Below, in pieces: positions 10,860 through 20,853 of a stretch of 64,000 nt of DNA. Where the stretch lies: contig CAWFAK010000007.1 in NCBI GenBank assembly GCA_963813715.1, positions 704,001-768,000 of the forward strand, written 5' to 3'. Under the pieces are notes generated by a model. The model saw only the letters and a list, made by a program, of their open reading frames with translations, was not told the DNA's origin and did not search any database. Both the position numbers and the translations under genes were made by a program. This DNA is from an uncultured Planctomycetaceae bacterium. GTDB lineage: Bacteria; Planctomycetota; Planctomycetia; Planctomycetales; Planctomycetaceae. Position 1 is the first letter of the stretch. Each line of letters starts with the position of its first letter.

Positions 10860-12290
10860 GAGGAATCTCCGGGCGGCAGCTTGCGTTGAGCTTCTTTCCA
10901 GATCGGCCCGTAGACTTCCTTGTCGAACGGCGGGCAACCCGTTGGGAATTGGCCAGCGGGATGAGCCCGGTTGCGCATCAGGTTGGTGCAATACGAGAAG
11001 GTTCGGCAGGTTCGACCATGATCGAGGCCGCCCTGCTCCTTGAGATTGCGCAAAATCGGGCTGCGCCAACGTCGCACGACCCAGTCCGACGATTGCGACT
11101 GAACCGTCGGTGACATTGGCCACCGCCGCCTGCAGCGCAAACTCCTGCAGCCAACTGTAGCCGCTGCCGACGACGGGCAGCTCGGGAACGGCCGCTTGAA
11201 CCGCGCGGGCCAGGCGAAAATGGCGGAGAACGCCCAACAGCGGATGTTCGGGCGCGTCGTAACCGTCGACCGGTGGATAATCGGCCGGCCGGACCACGTG
11301 CGGATTGACGTAGGGGTTGCCGGCGGTGACGTTGAGCAGGCTCACGCCGGCATCACGCAGGCGCTGTGCCAGCTCCAGGGGCTCTCGCAGATCCTCGATC
11401 TGGTGATCGTAGGGGTTGGTGCCGAACACATTTTCGAGCGGCAAGTGGTGCGGCGCCGGCTCACCGGCGGCTCCCACGGTTCCCTTGCGGTAGGCAATGC
11501 CGTCGTAGGCGTTGAATCGCGTGGCGACGATCAAAGACGGCAGCTCCTCGCGAATGCGAGCAACGATTTCCCGAACAAGCCGCGTCCGGTTCTCAAAGCT
11601 TCCGCCGAATCGGCCTGGCCGATTCCGGGCGGTCAGCAACTCCGAGAGCAAATAGCCGTGACACTGCTTGAGGTCGATGAAGTCGACGCCAATCCGGGCC
11701 GCGAGGCGTGCCGCGGCGACATATTGGTCGGCGATGCGTGCGAGGTCCTCGTCGGCGGCGAGCGGAAAGGAGTCATCGACTGGCCGGCCGCTGGCCTTGT
11801 CGATCGTGAGCGGATCGCGGATAGGATCGTGTGAAACCAGGAGCGTGCGGCGATATCCGTAGCGGCCCGAGTGCGTGAGTTGCAGACCGATCACCAAATC
11901 GTCGGCACTGCCGCACACTTCGCGATGAGCGCGGCGGCAACGGTTCAGCATGTCCTCGATCGACGCGGCTGTTCGGTCGCAGAGCCAAAGCTGACGGGGA
12001 TTGGCGCGCGCTTCGTCGCTGATCGCCGTCGCTTCGCCCCAAATCAGCTTGGCGCCGCCGCTGCCGAAGCGGACGTAGCGGCGGAAAGTCAACTCGTCGG
12101 GTCGGCCGTCGAGCGTGCCGTCGCAACCCTCCATCGGCTGAACGGCGAGGCGGTTGCCGCAGCGCTTGGGGCCGATTGCAATCGGTTGAAACAGGGCCTC
12201 GTATCGCTGGGAAAGCGACAGAGTGTGACCGAGGTGTGCGGCTTCGCTCGTCAGAGCGGCGGGCGTTTTGTAACGAAAGAAGCGGGCCAT
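10850..12290 (-). CDS. NADH:flavin oxidoreductase (Old Yellow Enzyme family), apparent frameshift near 11045
   Basis: NRLAVQPMEGCDG, GLQLTHSGR, DFIDLKQCHGYLLSELL, FGGSFENRTR. The C-terminus (CRTFSYCTNLMR...GCPPFDKEVYGPIWKE) is in the 10850..11140 frame. Confidence 0.85.
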
Positions 12291-12390
12291 GCAGCGAAAA
12301 ATCTTAGCCTCGGGTTGCCCCTCCGCCAACTCCTTCGCTTGTTGCCCGTTGGCGGCCGCATGCCTGAGCTCGGCACCGGACCACTCGCGC

Positions 12391-12463
12391 AAAAAAAACG
12401 CTGCCTGGGCTGACGTTGGCAAAGGGCCCATCTCTACCCAATGCCAACACAGTCCCAGGCAGC
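12391..12463 (-). terminator. Probable intrinsic terminator/attenuator hairpin
   Basis: GCTGCCTGGG..GTTGGCA / TGCCAAC..CCCAGGCAGC inverted repeat followed on the minus strand by G and T8. Confidence 0.65.
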
Positions 12464-12576
12464 TTTCAATTAAATGTCAAGGTTTTTGATAAGGCACCGA
12501 TCAACGAACCTGAAAGGGGATCCGCTGTCGCCGGTCGCTCGGCCCAGGGCGGCGGTTGACCTAGGACCCGGAAAAC

Positions 12577-13179
12577 TCATGTGTCCGCACAAAATTCCCG
12601 ATCGATGGCAATCACCATCCGCGCGGTTTCGGGTAATTTCCGGCTGTTTTCTTTCGAGATTTTTTGCAGACGCTTGTACGCCTCTTCTTCGCCCAGCCGG
12701 CCGCGCCGCATCAGCACGCCCTTGGCGCGCTCGACCTGTTTTCGCTCTTCCAGCGACTGCCGCAACGCGGCCGCCATATCGCAAACAGCCCGATGCTCCC
12801 GAAAGCGGCGCATCGCCACGGCGACGGCCACTTCGAGATCGATCTGCTTGATGGGTTTGATCAGGTAGGCCAGCACGCTGGTGCGCAATGCCCGGCTGAT
12901 CAGTTCGGTTTCTCCAAACGAGGTCACCAGAATGACGGGCGTGGCTTGGCGCCGGTTGATCGTCGTCGCCGCCTCGATTCCGTCCACGCCCGGCATCTTC
13001 ACGTCGGTGACGATGAGATCCGGCGGACTCGTGGCGCACGCGTCGATCAATTCCTGCCCCGTGCTGCAACTGGCAGTCACGGTATGGCCCATTCCTTCCA
13101 GCAGATCTCGCACGAATTCGAGGATTGCGGGGTCGTCATCCGCGACGGCCACACGCAATCCGTCCCCCGAGGGAATCAT
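12577..13179 (-). CDS. ANTAR-domain response regulator (AmiR/NasT/PdtaR-like)
   Basis: Receiver motifs VADDD, DLIVTDVKMPGVDG, YLIKP; ANTAR motif LEERKQVERAKGVLM..EEEAYKRLQKIS. Confidence 0.9.
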   Translation of the reverse strand: MIPSGDGLRVAVADDDPAILEFVRDLLEGMGHTVTASCSTGQELIDACATSPPDLIVTDVKMPGVDGIEAATTINRRQATPVILVTSFGETELISRALRTSVLAYLIKPIKQIDLEVAVAVAMRRFREHRAVCDMAAALRQSLEERKQVERAKGVLMRRGRLGEEEAYKRLQKISKENSRKLPETARMVIAIDREFCADT

Positions 13180-14246
13180 GGAATCGCCCTTTTGAGGACA
13201 ACAACGACGGCCGCTCCCGGACCATCGCCAAAGAAGATTTCGCCGCCATGTGCTTCCACGATTTGCCTGGCGATCGTTAGCCCCAATCCAAGTCCACGCG
13301 GTTTGGTGGTGAAAAAGGGGACGAACACCATCTTCTTGTGCTCATCGGCGAGGCCGGGGCCGCGATCGCGGATGACGATCCGCAGAGCCGGCGATCCCGA
13401 AATCTCTGCCTCTTCGTACAACGCTTTGATCTCAGGACCGTCGGGACACGCGGCCAGCGAGTTCTCGAAGATGTTGCGAAACACCTGGCGGACGGCGAAA
13501 GCGTCGATCTCGCAACAGGTGTCGTCAGCCAGTTGCATTTCCAAAAGCTCGAGGTGCGGCATGTCCGGCTGCGTGAGCGCCTCCCTCCAAGCGGCGCGAA
13601 CGACGTTACGCGCATCGACCGTTAGGGGCTGCAGCACCCGCGGCCGCACGAATTCCAACACGGTTTCATGCAGACGATGAAGCTCCTCGGTCCCCGAGGC
13701 CAGCTTGGCGATCCCACACTGCACCTTGTCGACGTCGTGGGAATGCTTTTTCAGCTGGTGCACTGCCGCTTCCATGCGTTGCAACGAATTTCGGCTCTCG
13801 TGAGCGATTGTGGAGACGGCCTGCCCGATGGCCGCCAACCGCTCCATCAGTTCCCATTGAGTGGTGGCGCGGTCGTGCGACGTGTTGTCCTGCGCCAGCA
13901 AAGTCCAGAGCACGCGCCGCTCGAATCGCACCGGGGCGATCGTCGCCTGGACGGCAACCGAATGCCCGTCTTTCCGCAACAAGCGGAAAGGACGCGGGCT
14001 CTCGAGCTCGATGCCGAACCCCTCCGCCTCGTCACTTTGAATGGCAGCTAGAAACGAAAGCTCACATTCGCGCGGCAAGAGAGACAACATGTCGCGGCCA
14101 AGCAATTCGTTCGGGCCGTACAGCAGCAACCCCTCCGCGGCCGGGTTCGCCGCCTCGATCCGTCGATCTTCGCCGAACGTGACAATCGCGTCGTTGCCAG
14201 TCGAGCGGACTGAGTTCGCCAAAGGCAGTCTGAGAACGGAGCTCAT
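13176..14246 (-). CDS. Cytoplasmic PAS-domain sensor histidine kinase
   Basis: PAS (ANPAAEGLLLY..RKDG), H-box AHESRNSL, N-box NIFENS, DRGPG, PFFTTKPRGLGLGL. ATG at 14246; stop overlaps the regulator start. Confidence 0.85.
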   Translation of the reverse strand: MSSVLRLPLANSVRSTGNDAIVTFGEDRRIEAANPAAEGLLLYGPNELLGRDMLSLLPRECELSFLAAIQSDEAEGFGIELESPRPFRLLRKDGHSVAVQATIAPVRFERRVLWTLLAQDNTSHDRATTQWELMERLAAIGQAVSTIAHESRNSLQRMEAAVHQLKKHSHDVDKVQCGIAKLASGTEELHRLHETVLEFVRPRVLQPLTVDARNVVRAAWREALTQPDMPHLELLEMQLADDTCCEIDAFAVRQVFRNIFENSLAACPDGPEIKALYEEAEISGSPALRIVIRDRGPGLADEHKKMVFVPFFTTKPRGLGLGLTIARQIVEAHGGEIFFGDGPGAAVVVVLKRAIP

Positions 14247-14334
14247 AGTTCGTGTCAGCGTCCTGCGGCTCTTCGGGGCATAAGCATCGTGGAGGGTGAT
14301 TGTCCTGCTATGACTCAACCGTCCGTGCACGATT

Positions 14335-15960
14335 TCACTTGGAGATTCGGAACAAGTCGTCCGAGGGCGTGTCGTTGAAGTCGACGTACATTCGCGTAGT
14401 CTTCGCCCGATTTCCCGAGACGTCACGGAGAATGACCGTTGGGTACCAGAAGCCGCGCGGCGACTGGTCGAAATCCTTGAATCCAACGTCGGGAGGCTTA
14501 GACGCAGCGGCGATTTGCTCCGCACCTGCCGACGGGTCGCGATAGACGATCTTGACCGCGACACTGCCCATGCTGGGATTCAGCCAGTATGTCGCGTCCA
14601 GTGCAATTGGCTTCCGAATGGTTGGATCCAAAGAAACGTCCACCTTGATTAATTCCTGATTGCCAACCGTTTGATGGTTAACCTCAAAGTGGCGGTCTAG
14701 TGCCCTGAAAGGGAAGGTTGGACGGCAACACAGCTCAGGAACGTTAAGAGTCTGCCCCAGGAAGTCCGCCTGAGAATCCTCTTTCACCGGAAAGATCTGA
14801 AGAGGTCCGTCGCTGGAGACCTTCTCTCCCCATGTAAAAACGCCGATGGTGTGACCATCGCAAATTGCGACGGGGCTAAATCGAAATTGTTTCTTGTTCG
14901 CATGCCAGGCCTTCAGCGCCTCGTTTTGGTCCACGGGCAAAACGAATTGCGCGTCTGCGGGCTTGACGTCGTCTATGCGCCACTTATTACCCCGGCGCAG
15001 CACCCGTTTCGGATCGCACCGACTCAACGGCCGAGGGGTATCGAATCTCGCGGTGACGGACAACGCTGAATAGTCGTCGAAGCCCTCCCGGCCTTCTTGC
15101 AGCGTTTGAGCAATGTCCGGCAATTCACCCGATTCATCGACGTCCCTCGCTTGGACCCCGACTGGAATCCCCAGCGACGATCGGTCCGCCAAGCCCTTGA
15201 TTGGGTAGTCGAAGTAGCAGGTCGTCGTGTGCGACGCGGCTTCAGTGATCGCAAGAGAATACGGCAGTGAAGACCGCTTATCGATCGTGAGAACGAGCGT
15301 GATTGCCCCACGGTCGGCGGGCCGCACGACAATCTGATATTCGTCGCAGGGTTTTCCGTCGATCATTTGGCTTTTCAGACTCCATCGCTCGATCCGCTCG
15401 TCCGGCAACAGCGACGGAGCAGAGGGAGATCGCCGAAATACCGCGGCTAGGTTTGATACGGACGAGAGTTCCTGCGTCAGTCGCGCGTTCCCTGGCCGAA
15501 CGGCACGGTAAAGGATTTTGCGCTTCTCGTCATAACGTAAGAACACATTGTTCGTGTAATCGAAGAGCAAAGCGGTCGTCGATAGCCTGCCTCCGATCAC
15601 GTCCAGACCCGGCGATACCCACAACTCGCCTTTTTCGACGTTGTCTCGCACGATGCGCGCGTGAATGCACGCTTGCGCACGGGCCCTCCGGATCGCAGAC
15701 GCCCAGGCCGGTTCGCTGTTGAAAAACCAAACGGTCCCCAAGACCACTGCCGATAGGCCAACCGCAAAGACTGATGCGAGCATGATTCGATGTTTCGAGC
15801 GCATGCGGAGGGGCTGGACAGCCACGGCCACGCTTAGCAGTCGACTCCGCAAATCTGCGGCGTACTCCGCCGACGGGCCGGACCGCACTCGGCTTTCGGA
15901 AAGCGCCGTCTTCAGCACTTCCATTTCCTCCGCGTCAAATTCGTCGGGCCGAGTGCTCAT
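14335..15960 (-). CDS. Putative anti-sigma factor: single TM with a large periplasmic LolA/RseB-like region
   Basis: Coupled (ATGA-type overlap) to the ECF sigma gene. Short cytoplasmic helix (PSAEYAADLRSRLL), TM, then beta-rich region (IDGKPCDEY..LTIDKRSSLP; YWLNPSMG..GFWYPT..PSDDLF). Confidence 0.65.
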   Translation of the reverse strand: MSTRPDEFDAEEMEVLKTALSESRVRSGPSAEYAADLRSRLLSVAVAVQPLRMRSKHRIMLASVFAVGLSAVVLGTVWFFNSEPAWASAIRRARAQACIHARIVRDNVEKGELWVSPGLDVIGGRLSTTALLFDYTNNVFLRYDEKRKILYRAVRPGNARLTQELSSVSNLAAVFRRSPSAPSLLPDERIERWSLKSQMIDGKPCDEYQIVVRPADRGAITLVLTIDKRSSLPYSLAITEAASHTTTCYFDYPIKGLADRSSLGIPVGVQARDVDESGELPDIAQTLQEGREGFDDYSALSVTARFDTPRPLSRCDPKRVLRRGNKWRIDDVKPADAQFVLPVDQNEALKAWHANKKQFRFSPVAICDGHTIGVFTWGEKVSSDGPLQIFPVKEDSQADFLGQTLNVPELCCRPTFPFRALDRHFEVNHQTVGNQELIKVDVSLDPTIRKPIALDATYWLNPSMGSVAVKIVYRDPSAGAEQIAAASKPPDVGFKDFDQSPRGFWYPTVILRDVSGNRAKTTRMYVDFNDTPSDDLFRISK

Positions 15961-16544
15961 AGGCGTGCACCCCCCTGTTGAGGTGCTGGTGCAAAATAAG
16001 GCCCCAGCAACGTCCGCAAGCGCGTCCGAGCGCGCGATAGCGACGACTCGACGGCTTTAGCCGTTGTTTTCATCGCCGTCGCTATCTCCTGAACCGAACG
16101 ACCATCGACATATTTCTGTCGCAGGACCACCTGGTGAGATTGTGGAATGGCCGTGAACGCCGCCCGCACGAGTTGCAATCGCTCGACACGCTCCATCACC
16201 TCTTGCGGAAGAAGGAGGGCGTCGTCAGCCAGTTCGATCGACTCCGCGTTCTCCGATACAAAGGCGCTCGACAAGCGGCGAAAATGCTGCGCCACTTGCA
16301 ATCTGGCAATGCCAAACAGCCAATCGCGCAACTCGCCTCTCGCAGGATCGAACCCTTTAATGCTGGAAATCGCCTGCAGCCAGACTTCCTGGTTCAGGTC
16401 CTCGCATAACGTCCTGTCGCCGTCCACGAGATGGCTGACGAAGGCGTAGATTTCGTTCAGATGCGCGTCATACAACGCCCTCCACGCTGCTCGATCGCGA
16501 CGTGCGAGCAATTGCAGAAACGCGTCATGCGACGAAGCTGGCAT
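15957..16544 (-). CDS. ECF (sigma-70 family) RNA polymerase sigma factor
   Basis: AWRALYD, EDLNQEVWL, WLFGIAR (region 2); DGRSVQEIA..AVESSLSRARTRL (region 4). Confidence 0.9.
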   Translation of the reverse strand: MPASSHDAFLQLLARRDRAAWRALYDAHLNEIYAFVSHLVDGDRTLCEDLNQEVWLQAISSIKGFDPARGELRDWLFGIARLQVAQHFRRLSSAFVSENAESIELADDALLLPQEVMERVERLQLVRAAFTAIPQSHQVVLRQKYVDGRSVQEIATAMKTTAKAVESSLSRARTRLRTLLGPYFAPAPQQGGARL

Positions 16545-16740
16545 TTGGCTGTCGTACTCGGCTGCTGCTGATCGGTCGACCAGACTCTATTTGCGCGAGA
16601 GCGCGGAATCCTTCGCACAATTTACGAAAAAGACGAAAGTCGGTCGCATCCCGGCTTATCCGTGCAAACCGGCTCCGTCAGGAGACTTCCCACAGGTAGC
16701 TAGGCGTACATGCGGGTAAACACTCACCCGAGGTCTTCTT

Positions 16741-18052
16741 CTAGCTGGGCGCCGGCGATCGTCGGCGACGCCACAAAAGTCCAGTCCCCAGGACGACCAG
16801 TGCCCCGGCATTAAGCAACAGCAAGTGGCGCCAGATGCCACGGCCACCTACTCCGGCAGGAAAGGGCTGTATTTCTCCATTGATAATCGGATTGGCCCGC
16901 GCGATTGCCTCGTCGAGCAAGTGTTCGCCGTGCGGAACGAAATAGGACCTATTGAGAATCAGATCCTGGACGTTAGTGCCGGGGGGGAAGTCGAGCTCGA
17001 AAACGTCATCCGGAACATTGTTGACGTTGATGTTCTCGATCGTAACGGTGTGCACCTCCGTCAGCATCCCCTGCGTATTCGCGGGCTCCAGCGATCCTGC
17101 AAAATCGAGCCGATAACACCGGTGCGGCAGCCAGATGGTGTCACCATATTGGCGCAAATCCTTGTTGGCATAGACGAACGCAAGCACGGGCATGCTGCTG
17201 AGGTTCCGCATTTGAAACCACAGCCGACGCCGCATCGCGAAGCCATTCTCCGTATCGATCCAGATGGTGTCGGCCCCGTTCGTGACCACGTGACACGGAA
17301 AACCGTCGACCTCCTGGAGAGTCGGTAGCACTCGATAGACGGATGGCAAGCTCAGTGCGGTAGGCACGTACCAGGCCGACTCACGTTGTCGAGCTGCGTT
17401 GGCCCCCGTCGGAATTGAAATTGAGTCGAAGTACCACACCAGCCGTGAATCCACCGCGTCAAGTTTCGCTGGATGGATGTGGCCAAGCGAACGGGTTGGC
17501 TCGAAGGCTTTCATTTGCGTGCCATTGAAGGCGTAATCGAACTCCGGCAATGGCCTCGTTCGCCGCTTACTCGCTGAGTTCTCTGCAGTCTTAATCGCAA
17601 ATCGGCCGGGCGTGGTCTCGCGAATATGGGTGAACCGCTTCTCGCCCTTCATCGCGACGCGCGCTTTCGAACGAGAAGTTAGCGGGGACCGCATGCTTTT
17701 GTCGCTTTTGCGAAATCACACGAGCCGTTTCAACCTGCCTCTGTAATGAATATTGGAACGACACTTCGATACTCTCGACGCGGCCCGCCAAGCCATCTGG
17801 CCGTCGTAGAGTTCCTTTAGGGAATGCGTGGCTTTTCTGTTCGCTTGCCGCACGTTTTGCCATTCGAGGTGATCCAGCCCTCGTTGGACTTCTTCGTAAC
17901 TACCGACTTGTCCGGAAAGGCCGACGTATCGCGTCGGCGACTTCCAATCTTGCGCGTGCGGTGACAAACCCGTCCAACATGACCACCAGGACCCCCATGC
18001 CGCCAAGCTTGAGAATCCCCAACCATGCCAATCGTCTCGCCTCGACTCCCAT
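16741..18052 (-). CDS. Exported LolA-like beta-rich protein with C-terminal TM anchor and basic tail (about 3 apparent frameshifts in the 5' part)
   Basis: ATG ~18052 gives a signal-like MGVEARRLAWLGILKLGGMGVLVV. The reading continues through three frames into ORF 16741..17694 (EVDGFPCHVV..IWIDTENGFAMRR..INVNNVPDDVFELDFPPGT..LLLLNAGALVVLGTGLLWRRRR). Confidence 0.6.
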
Positions 18053-18158
18053 CGGCCCGCACTCCTCCAGGTTTCCGATTCGCTTTTTGGCGCACTGACA
18101 GACTTGTTCGCCTTCAACAGCCCGGTTGCAGTATTTCAGCGGACTCGCGAGGGCTTGG

Positions 18159-19373
18159 CTATTTCCGGTCGCGAGACGGTCTCATCCGCTCGTCGGAATT
18201 GCGCGCGACCTCTGCCAGAACGGTCGGGTGATCCGTCAACAAGGCCCGTTGGAGCACGCAGGCGGCGTGCGAATAAGCACAGTAGTCCCTTTGGATAGTC
18301 GTCGAGTCCGATCGCTTGAGCGCATCGATCAAAAACTGGAGGGCGTGCGAAACACAAACGCTCGATGGCCTCAAAGAAACGGGCACGATCTGGATCCACT
18401 CGAGCTGATGTCCGGTAATCCGCACCAGGTCCTCGCCGCGAATCGTCTCGGCGGCTCGGTTGTCCGTGACAGTCGAAACACGGTTCGCCCAAAGAGGACT
18501 CCAGGCGCCGTTGGGCAGCTGCGAGCTTTCGAGCAAGCGACTGGATCGCGACAAGTAGACCTCGCATCGTCGCCGGAGATCCGCCGAGATACTGCGGGAG
18601 GCGTGTCGCAATAGGAAGGCCAGCGTCAATTGCTTGTGAGTTCCTCCACAGGAACCGCTGTCGAGCGGCAGCGCAAGAATGGCCTCAGCCATCGATTCAT
18701 AGGAACAGGTCTCACCGAAGCGATTTTCCCACTGCGGTTCGTCCGGCAAATATCCGCAGAAGGCGACCAGCGACCAACAGACTTCCTGGCTCGCGTCAAA
18801 ACTGCGGCGCGACGCATCGAGGAGTTCGCCGACCGTAAACGAGCCGAAATTGCTCTCAACGGATAAGCCCAAAGGGACACCAATCTCCGCACACGTAGCG
18901 AGGAATTGGTCGACATGATGTTCGTACTCCCAGTGGTCCTGGACATTGGGGGCGGTGCGCTGCCTCACATCCCAGCCATAGGGGGAACGGAAGAACAAAG
19001 GCGGCGACCTGGGAAACGTTCGACGAAAGTCTGCCTGACCGAGCACGCGACCCACTTCGCGCTGCAATTCGAGGTTGGCTGGAAAGGCACCCGCCAGACC
19101 CTCGAAGCGCCAGCGGTGAAAGTAATCCGACGCTCGTAGCGGCTGAGTCACGACGTATTTGGTAATAGCCTCCGCAGCCGAGACCTTCACCTCGGCGGCG
19201 AAAATGGGATTCGGCGAGGGTGGAGCGATTTGCCCAAGTTCTGTCGGGCTCTTGGGAACTCCGGAAGGACCGAGCCACATTTTGACCCCTAGAGTCGCGG
19301 CGACTCCCACGACAGCCATAGCGACAACTAAAGATGCCACCCGGTTAGTGGTCCTCAACCTGTCGGAGATCAC
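18159..19373 (-). CDS. Membrane-anchored putative alpha/alpha-toroid (prenyltransferase/cyclase-like) protein
   Basis: GTG overlaps the upstream stop. N-terminal TM, then motifs EHHVDQFLA, SCGGTH, QLPNGAW (QW-like), TGHQLEW, CAYSHA. Confidence 0.55.
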   Translation of the reverse strand: MISDRLRTTNRVASLVVAMAVVGVAATLGVKMWLGPSGVPKSPTELGQIAPPSPNPIFAAEVKVSAAEAITKYVVTQPLRASDYFHRWRFEGLAGAFPANLELQREVGRVLGQADFRRTFPRSPPLFFRSPYGWDVRQRTAPNVQDHWEYEHHVDQFLATCAEIGVPLGLSVESNFGSFTVGELLDASRRSFDASQEVCWSLVAFCGYLPDEPQWENRFGETCSYESMAEAILALPLDSGSCGGTHKQLTLAFLLRHASRSISADLRRRCEVYLSRSSRLLESSQLPNGAWSPLWANRVSTVTDNRAAETIRGEDLVRITGHQLEWIQIVPVSLRPSSVCVSHALQFLIDALKRSDSTTIQRDYCAYSHAACVLQRALLTDHPTVLAEVARNSDERMRPSRDRK

Positions 19374-20227
19374 GCGCGGTGACCTCCGGGCGCCGGATCC
19401 GCGGGCAGAATGGACACGCGGATTGGGTATGTTAAGACCTCGCCGTCGACCGTAACCCGGACCGGCAACAGAACGTCCTGCCGCTTTTGAGCGACGTTGT
19501 CCTGCGGATTGACTCCCAGCGTGAACGAGCACTCTCGTCGCACATAATTTGACGTTTCGACGGACGGCCCAACGCGGATGTCCTGGACGACGAGTACGGA
19601 TTCCAGTCCGGTCCCGCCCAGTGGCACATCAACCTTTGGCTCGCTCGAAGAGGCCTTGAGAAACAGGGTGCCGACGATCGACGCGGTTCGCGCGACCTTG
19701 GCACGGCCGCCGATCATGTACGTGTAGTTTGGAAAATTGGCGCCGAGTTCGATGGCGTGGACACTGAGCGCTTCCGCCCAGGACCCGCCCTCTGCCTCGA
19801 CGTAAACCCGTGCATCCGCCGGGCCGGCGTGGCGCGGCCTGGACCGCATCATCATATGCACACTGGTCGATGCGCCCGCGACGAGCGTCTCCTGTTCCAA
19901 GCGCGCTTCGGTGCACCGACAAGTCGGCGATCCGAGATGCAACCGAACCGTCGAGTTACCCTGATTTTCGATGCGGAAAAGCCCCTCGGCAGCGCCGTCA
20001 CGCGGCAACACACCAAGATCGGCTTCGGTATTCCACGCAACCAGCCGGAGTGCATCTGGCGATGGTGTTCTCGCGACGATTCTGTCAGCGGACGACGCCG
20101 ATCGTTGAACGGAGCGGCCGACATTCGCCGGCAGAGCCGAGCATCCCAATGTCAGACAGCTGACTAACAGACTGGCGAGCGATTGGCGCGGCGCCGCAAA
20201 AACGCAGGTCGATGGCAAAGCGCCCAA
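19370..20227 (-). CDS. DUF1573-like Ig-fold lipoprotein (start uncertain)
   Basis: Lipobox-like LLVSCLTLGC; DLGVLP..FRIENQGNSTVRL..PTCRCT motif typical of DUF1573. Confidence 0.65.
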   Translation of the reverse strand: MGALPSTCVFAAPRQSLASLLVSCLTLGCSALPANVGRSVQRSASSADRIVARTPSPDALRLVAWNTEADLGVLPRDGAAEGLFRIENQGNSTVRLHLGSPTCRCTEARLEQETLVAGASTSVHMMMRSRPRHAGPADARVYVEAEGGSWAEALSVHAIELGANFPNYTYMIGGRAKVARTASIVGTLFLKASSSEPKVDVPLGGTGLESVLVVQDIRVGPSVETSNYVRRECSFTLGVNPQDNVAQKRQDVLLPVRVTVDGEVLTYPIRVSILPADPAPGGHRA

Positions 20228-20853
20228 CGTGCGAGCGGAAAGCCGCCAATCGACACCGACGCTGCGATGACACACCACAGAGCGACTTCCAACCTGCGAT
20301 GCGAAGACATCTTGCGCGATTCGGGCAAGATCAGATAACCACTCCAACAGCGGACGAATTGACTGCGAGACACCGTTTCGATCGAAGCGGCATAGTTCGG
20401 TTCGATGTAGCGCACTGAACGGTCATCAATCTGCAGCACGAGCAGGAAGTGCCCGATGGCATTGTTGGTTTCGCGACGGGGCAAGACGTGCGCGATTAGT
20501 GGAGTGGCGAAATGATCGAGATCCCGCGGTTTCGCTCGCAAAACCGTTGCCGAAACCCCCAGTGCCGCTAATCCCTCTTGTAGGCCAAGCAAGGAACTCC
20601 CGCCTTTTTCGATCGGAATAGCGGCAACGGCGTCGTCGTAGGTGATTTCGCTACCAAGAAGGCGTGCCAGCATATAACCGCAGGCCACGCCGCAGCTTTG
20701 GGCTTCGCGCCAATGGTGATTATGCGCTGCCCCCCGTGCATCGACCTGACGAGAACCGCCAGTACTCGCCTCTCCGTGAGTTCGAATGAAGGTGATTGCA
20801 CTTGCGACGATTGCAATCAGAGCCCAGCGGCGATGGAAGGTCGTAGAAAGCAT
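20164..20853 (-). CDS. Stand-alone C39-like cysteine peptidase with N-terminal signal and C-terminal TM
   Basis: QSCGVAC (catalytic Cys), GSSLLGL, PLIAH..GHFLLV..VRYIEPN, FVRCWSGYLI. No ABC-transporter domains. Confidence 0.8.
   Translation of the reverse strand: MLSTTFHRRWALIAIVASAITFIRTHGEASTGGSRQVDARGAAHNHHWREAQSCGVACGYMLARLLGSEITYDDAVAAIPIEKGGSSLLGLQEGLAALGVSATVLRAKPRDLDHFATPLIAHVLPRRETNNAIGHFLLVLQIDDRSVRYIEPNYAASIETVSRSQFVRCWSGYLILPESRKMSSHRRLEVALWCVIAASVSIGGFPLARWALCHRPAFLRRRANRSPVC

Noticed and set aside
9462..10889. 475-aa plus-strand ORF
   Set aside because: Antisense shadow of the pectate lyase.
9456..12431. 991-aa flavin oxidoreductase-pectate lyase fusion ORF
   Set aside because: The oxidoreductase's real C-terminus is in another frame (10850..11140) and the lyase has its own signal peptide, so the fusion is a frameshift artefact.
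12291..12576. Canonical ANTAR dual-hairpin RNA motif
   Set aside because: No pair of hexaloop hairpins with A1/G4 could be identified by eye; only the terminator-like hairpin is supported.
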